Source: Octopus vulgaris (lineage: Eukaryota). From it: a stretch of 64,000 nt of DNA. Below, piece after piece: positions 25,861 to 41,300 of the stretch. Where the stretch lies: assembly GCA_951406725.2 (NCBI GenBank), contig OX597838.1, positions 16,926,001 through 16,990,000 of the forward strand. The letters run 5' to 3'. Every line of letters begins with the position of its first letter. Position 1 is the first letter of the stretch. The notes beneath the pieces are model-generated. The model was not told where the DNA came from. It did not search any database and saw only the letters and a program-made list of their open reading frames with translations. Position numbers and translations under genes: made by a program.

Positions 25861-28235
25861 GTATTTCGTGTTGCAAGACAGTACGTGAGAGAGAATCGTG
25901 ATGTGGTAGGAGAGAAATGTGTCCGTATGGATGATGATTCACTTATACTAAATGAGGCTGCAAAGAGAGAGGTTTGGAGATGCCACTATGAAAGGTTGCC
26001 CAATAAAGAGAATGAATGGGAGAAAGAGAGTTTGCTGAATGTCGACCCAACAGAGGGACCAGCTATCCAAATTGACAGTACCTTGGTAGTTAAAGCAATC
26101 AAAAGTATGAAGGCAGGGAAAGCCTCTGGCCCATCAGGAATCACTGCAGAGATGCTCAAAATATCTGGCAGTGTCGGCTATAGCCTAGTCACCCATATAG
26201 TTAACCAGGTGATACACGAAGGAGTCATACCCAATGACTGGTGTAGCAGTATAATAGTCAACTGCTACAAAGGTAAAGGTGACGCTTTAGATACAAATAA
26301 TTACAGAGGTATCAAGCTCTCTCAGGTAATGAAGGTCACGGAGAGGGTCATAGCCCAACTAATTAGAGAGAGAGTCAGTTTAGATGAGATGCAGTTTGGG
26401 TTCGTGCCAGGGAAAAGTACCACTGATGCTATATTCCTGGTAAGACAGCTGCAGGAGAAATATCTAGCCAAAGATAAACCTCTATACCTGGCTTTCGTTG
26501 ACATGGAGAAAGCCTTTGACAGGGTCCCCCGATCCCTTATCTGGTGGTCAATGAGGAAACTAGGGATAGATGAATGGTTAGTGAGAGCTGTGCGATCCAT
26601 GTACAGGGACGCTGTTAGTAAGATGAGGGTTGGCAACGAGTACAGTGAAGAATTCAGGGTAGAGGTAGGGGTCCACCAAGGTTCAGTCCTCAGCCCCCTC
26701 CTATTTATCATAGTCCTCCAGGCAATAATGGAGGAATTCAAGACAGAATGCCCCTGGGAGCTCCTCTATGCTGATGACCTTGCTCTAATTGCTGAGTCAC
26801 TATCAGAACTGGAGGAGAAGTTTCAGGTGTGGAAGCAAGGATTAGAATTGAAGGGCCTTAGAGTCAACCTAGCTAACACCAAAGTCCTAATAAGTAGGAA
26901 GGTAGACAAATCAAAAGACGCCTTCAGGTAGATGGCCCTGCTCGATCTGTAGAAAAGGCGTAGGTAGAAACTCTATAAGATGCACCAAGTGTAAGCTATG
27001 GACACATAAGAGGTGCACCAATGTCAAAGGAAGGCTAACTAGGAAGATAGTTTTTGTATGTGGCAGATGCTGAGGAGCAATAAACACTGAAAATGCACAG
27101 AAACCAACTTCCGCCACATTCCAGGGAGAAAAACTAGAAATAGTTGATAGCTTCCATTACCTAGGTGACCAAGTCAGTAGCGGGGGTGGGTGTGTTGAAA
27201 GTGTAACTGCTAGAGTAAGAATAGCCTGGGCAAAGTTCAGAGAGCTCTTACCTCTGCTGGTGACAAAAGGCCTCTTGCTCGGAGTAAAAGGCAGACTGTA
27301 TGACGCATGTGTACGAACAGCCATGCTACATGGCAGTGAAACATGGGCCGTGACTGCTGAGGATATGCGTAAGCTCGCAAGAAATGAAGCCAGTATGCTC
27401 CGATGGATGTGTAATGTCAGTGTTCATACTCGACAGAGTGTAAGTACCTTGAGAGAAAAGTTGGACCTAAGAAGCATCAGTTGTGGTGTGCAAGAGAGAC
27501 GTTTGCGCTGGTATGGTCATGTGGCGAGAATGGATGAAGATAGTTGTGTGAAAAAGTGTCACACCCTAGCAGTTGAGGGAACCTGTGGAAGAGGTAGACC
27601 CAGGAAAACTTGGGATGAGGTGGTGAAGCACGACCTTTGAACTTTAGGTCTCACTGAGGAAATGACTAATGACCGAGACCTTTGGAAGTATCCTGTGCGT
27701 GAGAAGACCCGGCAGGACAAGTGAGACCATAACCCGTGGCCTCTACCTGGGATGTAGCCAGTCCACTTATGCATACCTTTCCTTCTTGGGACACAAAACT
27801 CTACTTGTGAAGACCTGTTGAGGTAAGTGAAAATCGAAATTGATCAACATCAATGGAAATTGTAGTTGTGATACCAGTGCCAGTGGCACATAAGAGAACC
27901 ATCCAAATGTGGCTGTTGCCAGCACCGCCCTGACTGGCCTCTGTGCCGGTGGCACGTAGAAAGCACCATCTGATCGTGGCCGTTGCCAGCCTCGTCTGGC
28001 CTCCGTGCTGGTGGCACGTAAAAAGCAGCATCCGATCGTGGCCGTTGCCAGCCTCGTCTGGCACCTGTGCCGGTGGCACGTAAAAAGCACCCACTACACT
28101 CATGGAGTGGTTGGCGTTAGGAAGGGCATCCAGCAGTAGAAACACTGCCAGATCAGACTGGGCCTGGCTTCCCAGACCCCAGTTGAACCGTCCAACCCAT
28201 GCTAGCATGGAAAGCGGACGTTAAGCGATGATGAT
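25861..28235 (+). mobile_element. 5'-truncated RTE-clade LINE: RT domain, Cys-rich finger, 3' UTR and (GAT)n tail
   Basis: About 350 open codons with KASGPSG, YKGKGD...NYRGIKL, QFGF, AFVDMEKAFD, GVHQGSVLSP and LLYADDL. A frameshift near 26915 and stops follow. The first ~135 aa of ORF 25453 are a SINE/microsatellite artefact. Confidence 0.95.
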
Positions 28236-28609
28236 AGATGTCTAAGCATGTAGAATATCATGAGAACATAGTTTGGGTTATAAACCCTTATCCATAATGA
28301 ACCACACCTCTGCCCTTATTCATTACCTCTTCCCCCATCTGTTATTCCCTTTTGACACTCTTTAGAAATTATGCACCCCCTCCTGATCCAGTGTCCATAT
28401 TCTCTCTTATACTCACCAACTAGTATCTTGAGATTCTCTGGCATCTCATAACTACCATCTCTATCTCCTATCCAGCTCCTCCATCCACCCTTAAATAATG
28501 TGGGGTAGCCATGTATCTCCTCTATAGTAAGACAACTGTGCATGTCCCTCTCTCAAGCTTTAGCCACATTGAGCAAAAACATACTTCATCTCTTTCCTTT
28601 CTTCACAAA

Positions 28610-28800
28610 CCCTCTGTGACAAGATATACAGTGACATACATCTGGAAAATCCTGGAAGGCCTTGTACCAAACATTGGCAGTGAAAGGTATGCAACAGTTG
28701 AATGGGGTACTACTACATAGTGCCAAAGGTCTCAGCATCACCATCAAAATACAGCCTCAGATGTTGCAACAGCTTGGGTTCCTAGGGCCCACAGCTCTTC
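28610..28800 (+). mobile_element. CR1/L2-group LINE ORF2 3' fragment
   Basis: RYTVTYIWKILEGLVPN resembles the RRERY.IIY.WKILEG.VPN ORF2 terminus. Confidence 0.5.
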
Positions 28801-30235
28801 AATCATCATCATCATCATCGTCGTTTAACGTCCGCTTTCCGCGCTAGCACGGGTTGGACGGTTCGACCGGGGTCTGGGGAGCCAGGGGCTGCCCCAGGCT
28901 CCAGTCTGGTCTGGCAGTGTTTCTACAGCTGGATGCCCTTCCTAACGCCAACCACTCCGCGAGTGTAGTGGGTGTTTTTTACGTGCTACCTGCACAGGTG
29001 CCAGAGGGGTCTGGCATCGGCCACGATCGGTTGGTGCTTTTTATGTGCCACCTGCACAGAAGCCAGTCGGGGCGGTGCTGGCATCGGCCACGTTCGGATG
29101 GTGCTTTTTATGTGGCGGGGGGGTGCAGGAATATAGGGAAGCATCAGTGGGGAGGGGTGTTTGGAGAAGCGATGACAGGTTCTAGACAAGTAGAATGAAG
29201 GATATCATGAGAGGGGTAATGCATGGTGAAATAGCGTATAGAAGACACCTATAATGGTGGTGGGAGAAGCGACATCCGGTATAGATGGAGCAAAAATATA
29301 GAGATATCCGGTATTGGTGGTGGGGGTGGGAAGGGCGGGCGCATCGCCAATGGCAGAAGATGGAGAAAGATAGGAAAGCAAAGCAAGTTACTGTATCCTT
29401 GCAAAATGCTTGAGAGACCTGCATGGTGTTGATGTAGGTGTCTTCAAAACAAAAAAGGCCCCATTTTATATATAAGTATCATAAAACCTACCCTTCACTC
29501 TGAAGGATAAGCCCTTTATTGCCAGTAGAGATAGTAGCTCCCTGAAATTTTCCAACCAGTTTTCACATTAGGGACTATATCTGAACACTTACCTTCACAG
29601 CTAATTAAGTCCCCTATGTTACAACAGCTCCCAACTACTTCTAGAGAGGTGTCTAAGCATTGGAAAGTCCATTTCACATGCACTTTTACTAATCTTGTGC
29701 TCCAGTGTATCAGCTGCTTTCAGAGTCAAACCCTTCTGTTAATCAGCCTGTGACCCCACAGTATCTCTTATGCACCCATTATTTATACAGAGTACACAAT
29801 ATGGAAATCTTGTTTACCTGTTTTTTCAACACACAGCGAACAGTCATTTCCCAGGTGAACTTCTATTTCTAAAACTTTAGTCTTTGCATAGCTTACTTTC
29901 TGACCTCTTCATTATAGGTTTCTGGACCAGGAATATGAATATATATATATAAATGTGTGTGTGTGTGTGTGGGGGGGGGGCGTGGCTTAGTGGTTAGGGT
30001 GTCAGCATTATGATCATAATATTGTGGTTTCGATTCCTGGACCGGGCGACGCATTGTGTTCTTGAGCAAAACACTTCATTTCACGTTGCTCCAGTCCACT
30101 CAGCTGGCAAAAATGAGTAATGCTGTGATGGACTGGTGTCCTGTCCAGCTGGGGAACACATACGCCATAGAAACCAGGAAACCGGGCCCATGAGCTTAGC
30201 TAGACTTTAAAAGGGTGCATTTATTTTATTTTATT

Positions 30236-30271
<36 letters not shown>

Positions 30272-31799
30272 AAAAGAAGTCAAGGTAGAAAATGCTAAAA
30301 TAATTTTATAAAAAACATTTCAGTTTGTTATATAAAATTATTTTAGCATTTTCTACCTTGACTTGGTTTTCCATATATATATCAACGCGTGTTCCTTTTC
30401 AACCTTCTACATATACATGTGTGTGTGTATGTCTGTGTACCACCACCACCACCACCACCACATACATACATATCATCATCATCATCATTATCATTTAACA
30501 TACATGTTCCCTGCAGGCATTGGTCTGACAGAATCCAAAAGGCCCAAGAGCTCGATCATTTTTTTTTAGTTGAATGTATAGATCCCGGTACTTATTTTTA
30601 AAAGCCTAATACTTATTCTTGCAGCCTCTTTTGCTGAACCACTAAGTTACGGGTATGTAAACACACTAGCACCAGCTGTCTTCTTGTCAAGCAGTGCTGG
30701 CGGGAAAAACACAGACACAATGACAAGAGGCCAGTCTCAGGCACATTGGCATAAAAAAGATTACATTTCTGTTATGGTTTTGGAGGCAGTTGGTGTAGCT
30801 AGAGTGTGAGCCACCCGAGGCAGTGCTTGAATTTCCTACGCCACCCTTGAGCCTCTAAACCCATGCATTTTTATACAGCAGATCTAAAAGTATCACTCCC
30901 ACCCACATGAAAGCATTGCTCGCAGGAGTGGCTGTGTGGTAAGTAGCTTGTTTACCAACCACATGGTTCCGGGTTCAGTCCCACTGCGTGGCACCTCGGG
31001 CAAGTGTCTTCTACTATAGCCTCGGACCGACCAAAGCCTTGTGAGTGGATTTGGTAGACGGAAACTGAAAGAAGCCCGTCGTATATATGTATATATGCGT
31101 ATGTGTGTTTGTCCCCCTAGCATTGCTTGACAACCGATGCTGGTGTGTTTACGTCCCCCATAATTTAGTGGTTCAGCAAAAGAGAGCAATAGAATAAGTA
31201 CTGGGCTTACAAAAGAATAAGTCCCGGGGTTGAATTGCTCGATTAAAGGCGGTGCTCCAGCATGGCCGCAGTCAAATGACTGAAACAAGTAAAAGAGTAA
31301 AAGAGTACCTCATCTGAGTACATCACAGTTTGGAGGACAATGAAAAGAAGTGAAGCTGAGGACTGAATCTTTGATGTATCCCTACTGAATTCATTGCTAT
31401 ACTTATTACTAATCTCTTTTACTTGTTTCAGTCATTTGACTGTGGCCATGCTGGAGCACCGTCCTTTTAGTCGAGCAAGTCGACTCCTAGTACTTATTCT
31501 ATGGGACTCTTTTGCCGAACTGCAAAGTTACAGGGACGTAAACACACCAGCATCGGTTGTCAAGCAATGTTGGGGAGGACAAACACAGACACACAAGCAT
31601 ATACACACATATATATATATATATACATATATACGACAGGCTTCTTTCAGTTTCCGTCTACCATTTCCACTCACAAGGCTTTGGTCGGCCCGAGGCTATA
31701 GTAGAAGACACTTGCCCAAGGTGCCACGCAGTGGGACTGAACCCGGAACTACTTACCACACAGCCACTCCTACGCCTAATACTTACTTTACTGACGGCA

Positions 31800-32090
31800 T
31801 CTCTGCACATGGCTTTTACAGCTCTCACAAGCTATTTGCAGATCCCTAGTTTCCTCAGAGAGCACCAGATCTTAGAGTATGGAACTGTGTCAAAAGTCAA
31901 GAAATGTCACGTACAGGGTTTACTCTTGGCAAAATATTTCTGCATTCTCCTCTAAAAAACGATGGCAAATATTTCTTCTTGGCACAAAACCAAACTGCAT
32001 TACATCTCTGTAAATTCTGTTCCTAATAAAATGCACTGCAACTCTCTTTAGCAACTTTCATAACCTGATCCAATAGTTTTACGCTTCTAA
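31800..32090 (-). mobile_element. Degraded RTE RT fragment
   Basis: Reverse strand retains VKLLDQVMKVAK, MQFGFVP and DFDTVP-like segments. Confidence 0.6.
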
Positions 32091-32492
32091 AGCAAACTTA
32101 GTCTCTGCTTTCAACTGACACTTTTTCTCTTGAGTTGAGCAACAACCATAACAGTTTGTTGACAAAATATACATGGATAAGTGTGTGTGTGTGTTGACAA
32201 ATGCAATAGAAAAGATGTCTAGTTTGTATCGTTAGAGAACAGACTGTTATTGCGGTTCAACCTCAGTCAGTTCTGATCCAAGAGACCTATGATCAAAGCT
32301 ATTCCAGCCATGACCATCTCATTTTTTTCGTTCCAGATATCTAGAACTATATTATTCAATGTATTCTATCCTTTTTTTTTAAGATGCAAGGGTGTGATTT
32401 AAGGAAAATTTGGCGGCCATTTCTAGCAGTTCGAACGACCATGTAGATTTTCCCCCTCGTTAGCTCGTCTTTGCGTTAACAGAAATGCAGAG

Positions 32493-32563
<71 letters not shown>

Positions 32564-33649
32564 TGCCGAAATATAGGGATAACAGGACAAGTAGATGAGA
32601 GAGAAAAGATGAAAAAATGCAAGAAAATAGATTACATACATACATACATGCAAACACACATACACGTACGCGTATAAGAGATATATTAATGGATAGATAC
32701 GTTTCAATATGAAGGAACACAGCACGAAATAAATCGATAGAAAGATAGACGAACAAACAGCTAAAATAGTAGGAGACAACAGAATTTATCAGACAGGTAA
32801 ATGAAGATGGAGAAGGAGAGAAGGTGAGACTGAAAAAGGTAGATGAATATGAAAAGAAGTAGGTAGAAAGAAGAAAGGTAATGTGGAATAAGACGAAGTG
32901 AGAGTGTCAGTTGAAAGCAGAGACTCCAGAGTTTGTGCACGAACTCAAAAGTAAACGGTAACTTGTAATTGTATATGAGTGGTTAGCTGGTTTGTTAGTT
33001 TGGTTGTTAATAAATGGAAGTGGCGATGCCCGTCGTCATCGCTGTTGAATTCCAGGTAAACCCTAATGAAACAGAATTTTTGCTCTATGGCCTTCCGACC
33101 GTGGTCATCCCATCATTTTTTTTTTTTTCGAATACACTATATCTAGGAATGCCCTCCCGTTTAAGACAGTATGTTGTGGTATGAAGGAGATTTGGTTGCT
33201 ATTTCTAGCAAGCAAATGTCTATGTAGAGGTTCCCTTATGCGGCATAAGTTCAAACCTCGGTTTCTGTTCGTGTTATCACAAACCGCCGAAAGCGAGCAC
33301 GATAAGGGGACACTGTACGACAATGTACCCTTAATTAGGAAATTCAATAAATATTTTAACACGAAGAATTATCGTCGTTAATAGGGCTTTGGGTGGGGCT
33401 TGATACAGTAACATAGTCTAGAGGAGGGGGAGAATTAGTGATAAGAGCGGTAGTTAAGTATCGATCAATAGTTTTGAGCATAATCTTATCCCAACAATTT
33501 TAAGGGTGTGTGCGCGAATCTTCGTAGAGCTGTGTGTGTGTGTGCTTACACACACATACACACACACACGCAATTACTGGGGTTATTTCTGAGTGTGTGC
33601 ACAAGTGTTTGCAGGATTGGATCTGTGTATGAGTCCGTAAGATTAAAAC

Positions 33650-33682
<33 letters not shown>

Positions 33683-34467
33683 ATACATGTTCTTATATGT
33701 TTATATATATTTTTGTGTGTAAGCATGTATGCACAAGAGAATTTGTAAAGATGAATTTATTTATTAAATGAGATGAACTGTTCACTTAAAAGAAACCAGA
33801 TCATTTCTTCAAAACCCATTTAGATTGATTGTGGCCAAAATAGGTACAGGTTTTCCTGAGTTCGTCTGCATAGGCATATCTTTGAATCTATCTGTATATA
33901 TAGTCACATGTTTGCGGATATATATATATGAATGTACGGTAAATATGGGTACTTGTATACACACAGATATCAAAATTAGGCATTCGTGACCACGTTCGTA
34001 AAATCTGAATAAAATCAAGGCAAAGTTATCTTCAGTAACCTATTGGTTATTACTGGAGATAATACTTAAGCGAGCACTACCTTCTTTCTCTCTCAACATA
34101 TTATACGACTTATTCCCATTCACTACATTTTTAAATTCACCACAAGAAGGAAAACAAAATATTGATCTATGAACAACCCCCCTAAACATCGTCTTTCCAA
34201 TGGCAATGTTCCGTTCTCATCTACTAATGTCTTATTTCTCTTTCGATTCTCTCTCTCTCTCTTCTTGCGAATTTCGTGTTTCCATCGCCTCCTAAAAATC
34301 TCTCTCCCCCAAACACAACATCCATGTGAAAGTATAATATCGGTAATGTTTACATGTGACTCTGTATACATATACATACTAATATATATATATATATATA
34401 TGTAGGAATGAATATATATATGTGTGTACGTACGCGAGAGCATTTCTACTTGATATGATCAACTTAC

Positions 34468-34750
34468 CTTGAAAAATCTGGAGTCTGTATTAAAGAGAGT
34501 CATATCTGATCCATTCTGCGTGTATATGCATACATAGATGTATGTATGGAATATTTCTTTTCCTGTCTAATTCAGAACGATGATGACGACGACGGTGGGG
34601 GATAATATACAAAATGTAGCCCCGATGTAGAGCAGTGCGATAAAAAAAAAATCCTTATCCTACCAAATAGCCAACATGAACTACAACATTCGCCAAAGCC
34701 GGAGCAAATGGCAATGTCTGATATAGGACGATCCCCTCCTCTTTTCTTCA
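34468..34750 (-). promoter_or_regulatory. Candidate first (5' UTR) exon and promoter-proximal region of the DRAM-like gene
   Basis: Consensus donor AAG|GTAAGT at 34468/34467 within non-repetitive, visibly CpG-retaining sequence. The 5' boundary is a guess. Confidence 0.4.
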
Positions 34751-34823
34751 CTCTGTTTCTCTCTCTGATCACACCCCACTCAGTCTGTTCCTCTTTGACT
34801 GACATTTGAGATTATCTGTTCTC

Positions 34824-36855
<2,032 letters not shown>

Positions 36856-37439
36856 GAAAAAAACATTGGATTTTACTTAATTAAGAAGAGAGATCATATG
36901 CATTTAGGCCACAGGACGAAACTTGTTTTGCAAGTATGGGCAGAACTCATGTAGTAAGATCTGAAATTTGAGGAGAGATACTTCATGTATATAACCTTAA
37001 TAATTAAAGGCATGACCATGTGGTAAGAAGCTTGCTTCCCAATCACATGATTCTGGGTTCAGTCCCACTGCATGGCACCTTGTGCAAGTGTCTGTTATAG
37101 CGTCGGGCTGAGTGGATTTGGTAGACAAAAACTGAAAGAAACCTGTTGTGCGTGCGTGTGTATATATATATATATATATTGTGAGGATGTTCCGGTTCTT
37201 GACTGAAGATTGAAGGCTTCGAATGTCCCGTCCGCGTTTTTTGTATCGTCTTCTAAATGTTTTGCGTTCTTGTCCCAGTTTGTATTTATATATATATATA
37301 TATATATAAATATAGTAATGCAATATGAGAGTATTGCTTTCCAGTAAAGAATAGCCCGTGAGGGAAAATTATACATAGAAGTAAATATATCGGTACTTCG
37401 TTGTACCATATATTTACTTCTATATATATATATATATAT

Positions 37440-37472
<33 letters not shown>

Positions 37473-37982
37473 GTTTAACGTCCGCTTTCTATGCTAGCAT
37501 GGGTTGGACGGTTCAACTGGGGTCTGGCGAGCCCGAAGGCTGCACCAGGCCAGTCAGATCTGGCAGTGTTTCTACAGCTGGATGCCCTTCCTAATGCCAA
37601 CCACTCCGAGAGTGTAGTGGGTGATTTTATGTGCCACCGACACAGGTGCCAGACGAGGCTGGCAGACGGCCACGCTCGGATTGTGTTTTTTATGTGCCAC
37701 CGACACAGGTGCCAGACGAGGCTGGTGAACGGCCACGATCGGATGGTGTTTGTTACGTGCCCACAGCACGGAAGCCAGTCGATGCGGTACTGGCTACGGC
37801 CACGTTCGGATGGTTTTCTTATGTGCCACCGGTACTGGTACCACAAAGATACAAATTCCATTGATGTTCATCTATTTTGATTTGATTTGATTTGATTTGA
37901 TTTTCACTTGCCTCAACAGGTCTTCACAAGTGTCGCAAGAAGGAAGGTATGCACAGGTGGACTGACTACGTCCCAGGTAAGG

Positions 37983-38036
<54 letters not shown>

Positions 38037-38449
38037 TCATCATCATCATCATCATCATCATCATTTAACATCTGTTGTCCATGCTGGCATAGGTTGGACA
38101 GGTTGGGCTGGCATGCTGGAAGGTTGCACCAGACTCCAGTCTGATTTGGTATGGCCTTCTACAGCTGGATGCTCTTCCTAATGCCAACCACTCTGAGAGT
38201 GTAATGGGTGCTTTTACGATGCCATTTGCATGACACCGGGGTGCATTTACGTGCCACCAGCACAGGTGCCAATTTGCATGACACCGGTATCTGCCATGAC
38301 TGCGATTTTGCTTGGCTTGATGGGTTTTTTTACTCAAGCACAGCATAATGCTAAAGATCTTGGTCATTGCCTCCGTGAGGCCCAACACTTGATACAATTG
38401 TCACTAAATGTGACTATGGTATTAGGAAATACTTACGTTGCGATAAGAG

Positions 38450-38740
38450 CACTCTTTGTCGGTTATGACGATGAGGGTTCCAGCTGATACAATCAATGGA
38501 ACAGCTTGCTCATGAAATTAACATGCAAGTGACTGAGCATTCCACAGACACATGTACCCCTAACGTAGTTCTCAGGGAGATTCAGCATGACACAGAGTGT
38601 GACAAGGCTGGCCCTTTGAAATACAAGTACTACTCAATTTTGCCAGCTGAATGGACTGGAGCAATGTGAAATAAAGTGTCTTGTCCAAGGACACAATGCG
38701 TCGCCAGGAATTGAACTCACGACCTTACAATCGTGAGCCA
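38450..38740 (-). mobile_element. CORE-type tRNA SINE family D
   Basis: Minus strand B-box GAGTTCAATTCC, GTGTCCTTGGACAAGACACTT and GCTCCAGTCCATTCAGCTGGC. Copies at 59645-59955 and 63920-64000. Confidence 0.75.
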
Positions 38741-39292
38741 ATTGCGATTTACATTATTTACATTATGATAAATAAGAGCTAAACTGCTCTAATGCCATAG
38801 TTAATACAGATGAATGAAAACATATATACTAACAGGGACCATAATCGTCTGATCAGTGCTGATCGAGAATTCTTAATACTGACATCAGTTTCAGCAATTT
38901 CTGTTGCTTCATCAGTTAAACCAGCTTGATTGTTCAGCTCTTTTCAGATTTGCTTCACCATTAGTATTTTAAGTTTCCACCATCCAAATATCGGATGATT
39001 TAGTGATTCGCTAATGTGTATACATAAAATTAATATAAACAACAGGTTGCAATGTTTCACCAAAAACAAGAATTATACTTTTCTTTTTTATTCTTTTACT
39101 TGTTTCAGTCATTTGACTGCGGCCATGCTGGAGCACCGCCTTTAGTCGAGCAAATCGACCCCGGGACTTATTCTTTGTAAGCCCAGTACTTATTCTTTCA
39201 TTCTCTTTTGCCGAACCGCTAAGTGACGGGGACTTAAACACACCAGCATCGGTTGTCAAGCAATGCTAGGGGGGACAAACACAGACACACAA

Positions 39293-39333
<41 letters not shown>

Positions 39334-40850
39334 CATATATACGACAGGCTTCTTTCAGTTTCCGTCTACCAAATCCACTCACAAGGCATTGGTCGGCCCG
39401 GGGCTATAGCAGAAGACACTTGCCCAAGATGCCACGCAGTGGGACTGAACCCGGAACCATGTGGTTGGTTAGCAAGCTACTTACCACACAGCCACTCCTG
39501 CGCCTATATATATACTTGTCACTATATATATACAACAGGTTTCTTTCACTCCTTTAATTCTGTATTTCATTTGAATTCTGTGTAAGTCAGACCTTTTTAA
39601 ATGTATACATATATATATATATATATATACATTTTTACTATTTCATATATTTAATATATCAGGTCATCCCATAAGTTCTGTCCAAATTTTGAATAAAGAA
39701 AATAAGTAATCAAATGTTATATAGTTAATTGTAATTTAATCATCAATGTACTTTCCCTGATTATCTATTTACAAGCTTTTTAATCCCATCAATGTAAAAC
39801 TCTTTTGGTTTCAAAGTGAAGAACTCTGAAATGTCAGTTTCAACCTCCTCCTGGCTTGCGAAAATTTTATGTCCCCCAAATGATTCTGTATGTTACAAAA
39901 CAAATGGCCTCAGTAGATGATGAAGAATGGACAAAAATTCCTTTGGGAAAAATTCAAACTTTGTACGAGTCCATACCTCATAGACATAGGTAATACCTTG
40001 TTGAACATTGAGCTAATCTTCCTAGCAAACATTAATTCCACTGGTGACATTCCAGATGGAGTACTAGGATTTGGAGTCACTTGATATACTCTCAAAAACT
40101 ATTGAAGTGCTAGGTCATCCATTATTTCCTTACTCTCTCTTTTACTCTTTTACTTGTTTCAGTCATTTGACTGCGGCCATGCTGGAGCACCGCCTTTAAT
40201 CGAGCAACTCCACCCCGGGACTTATTCTTTTGTAAGCCCAGTACTTATTCTATCGGTCTCTTTTGCCGAACCGCTAAGTTACGGGGACGTAAACACACCA
40301 GCATTGGTTGTCAAGCAATGCTAGGGGGACAAACACAGACACACAAACACATACACATACATACATATATATACATATATACGACAGGCTTCTTTCAGTT
40401 TCCGTCTACTAAATCCACTCACAAGGCATTGGTCGGCCCGGGGCTATAGCAGAAGACACTTGCCCAAGGTGCCACGCAGTGGGACTGAACCCGGAACCAT
40501 GTGGTTGGTTAGCAAGCTACTTACCACACAGCCACTCCTGCGCCTTGTTCGCTTTCTTTAAAGCCCTCTTAAATTATCAACAAAATGCTCCACTTATCCA
40601 TTTCGAGTGGTCACATGTTTGATAGAGAACATTTTATAGAATTCTTTGAATTCATCTGCAGTAAAGTGAGTTCCATTGTTAGACACAATGATATCAGGAA
40701 TACCACATCTGGCAGACAATTTGTGTAAAACATTTACTGTATGTTAGCTTTTTACTCTTATGTACTTCAGGACAATTGGAAAAACTATTTACCACAACAA
40801 GGCAATGTGAACTGTTAAGTGGACCTGTGAAATCAAACACGCAATCTGGA

Positions 40851-40916
40851 GAAGTGGTTAAGAGCGGGGGCTACTAACCCCAAGATTTCTGAGTTTGATT
40901 CCAGGAAGTGACCTGA

Positions 40917-40950
<34 letters not shown>

Positions 40951-41120
40951 CAACAACGACTATAATAACATCGAAAAATACCTTAGGAATGAGAATCCAG
41001 GTTCGAAATTTCCCCAAGACACCTGATGAAGGCTGGAGGGTATATCAGCTGAAACGTTGTGTTAACAACAAACAAGATGAGGATAAATATCCGTCAAATG
41101 TAAATAAGGTAAATAATGTA
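40851..41120 (+). mobile_element. SINE-like insertion with tRNA-like head, hammerhead motif and tandem tail
   Basis: AGTGGTTAAGAGCG, anticodon arm GGGG-CTACTAA-CCCC, B-box GAGTTTGATTCC, (GAT)n, hammerhead at 41018-41063 and tail (GTAAATAA)n. It interrupts the Gypsy remnant. Confidence 0.7.
41018..41063 (+). ncRNA. Type I minimal hammerhead ribozyme motif
   Basis: GACAC-CTGATGA-A-GGCTG-loop-CAGCT-GAAAC-GTT-GTGTT: canonical core, paired stems I and II, palindromic stem III (AACGTT). Confidence 0.7.
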
Positions 41121-41300
41121 GGATGTTTGTTTTTGGCTACAGTTGCCATTTTGTGATTTTGCCGCTAGGGCATAGCCCCTGCATGCTTTCACTAATTGCT
41201 CAATCTCTTGGTCTATTCTTGGCCAATATACATAGCTTCTCATCAACGATTTCATTCTTGAAATCTCCAGGTGACCAACAGGAAATTCTTTTAGTATTTA

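Noticed and set aside
34080-34270. Possible extra minus-strand exon ending AAG|GTAGTG
   Set aside because: Weak donor, no clear acceptor and no coding signal.
37190-37290. CTGAAGA...GAATGTC repeat (reverse copy at 49207-49300) as a hammerhead
   Set aside because: Lacks GAAA and a clear stem I; probably a pLTR-like repeat, but not supportable as a ribozyme.
37618-37850. Repeat-spacer-like pattern with a palindromic core resembling a CRISPR array (also at 27870-28090 and 43235-43592)
   Set aside because: The linkers are homologous to each other, the array is part of the RTE 3' UTR, there are no cas genes and the context is eukaryotic.
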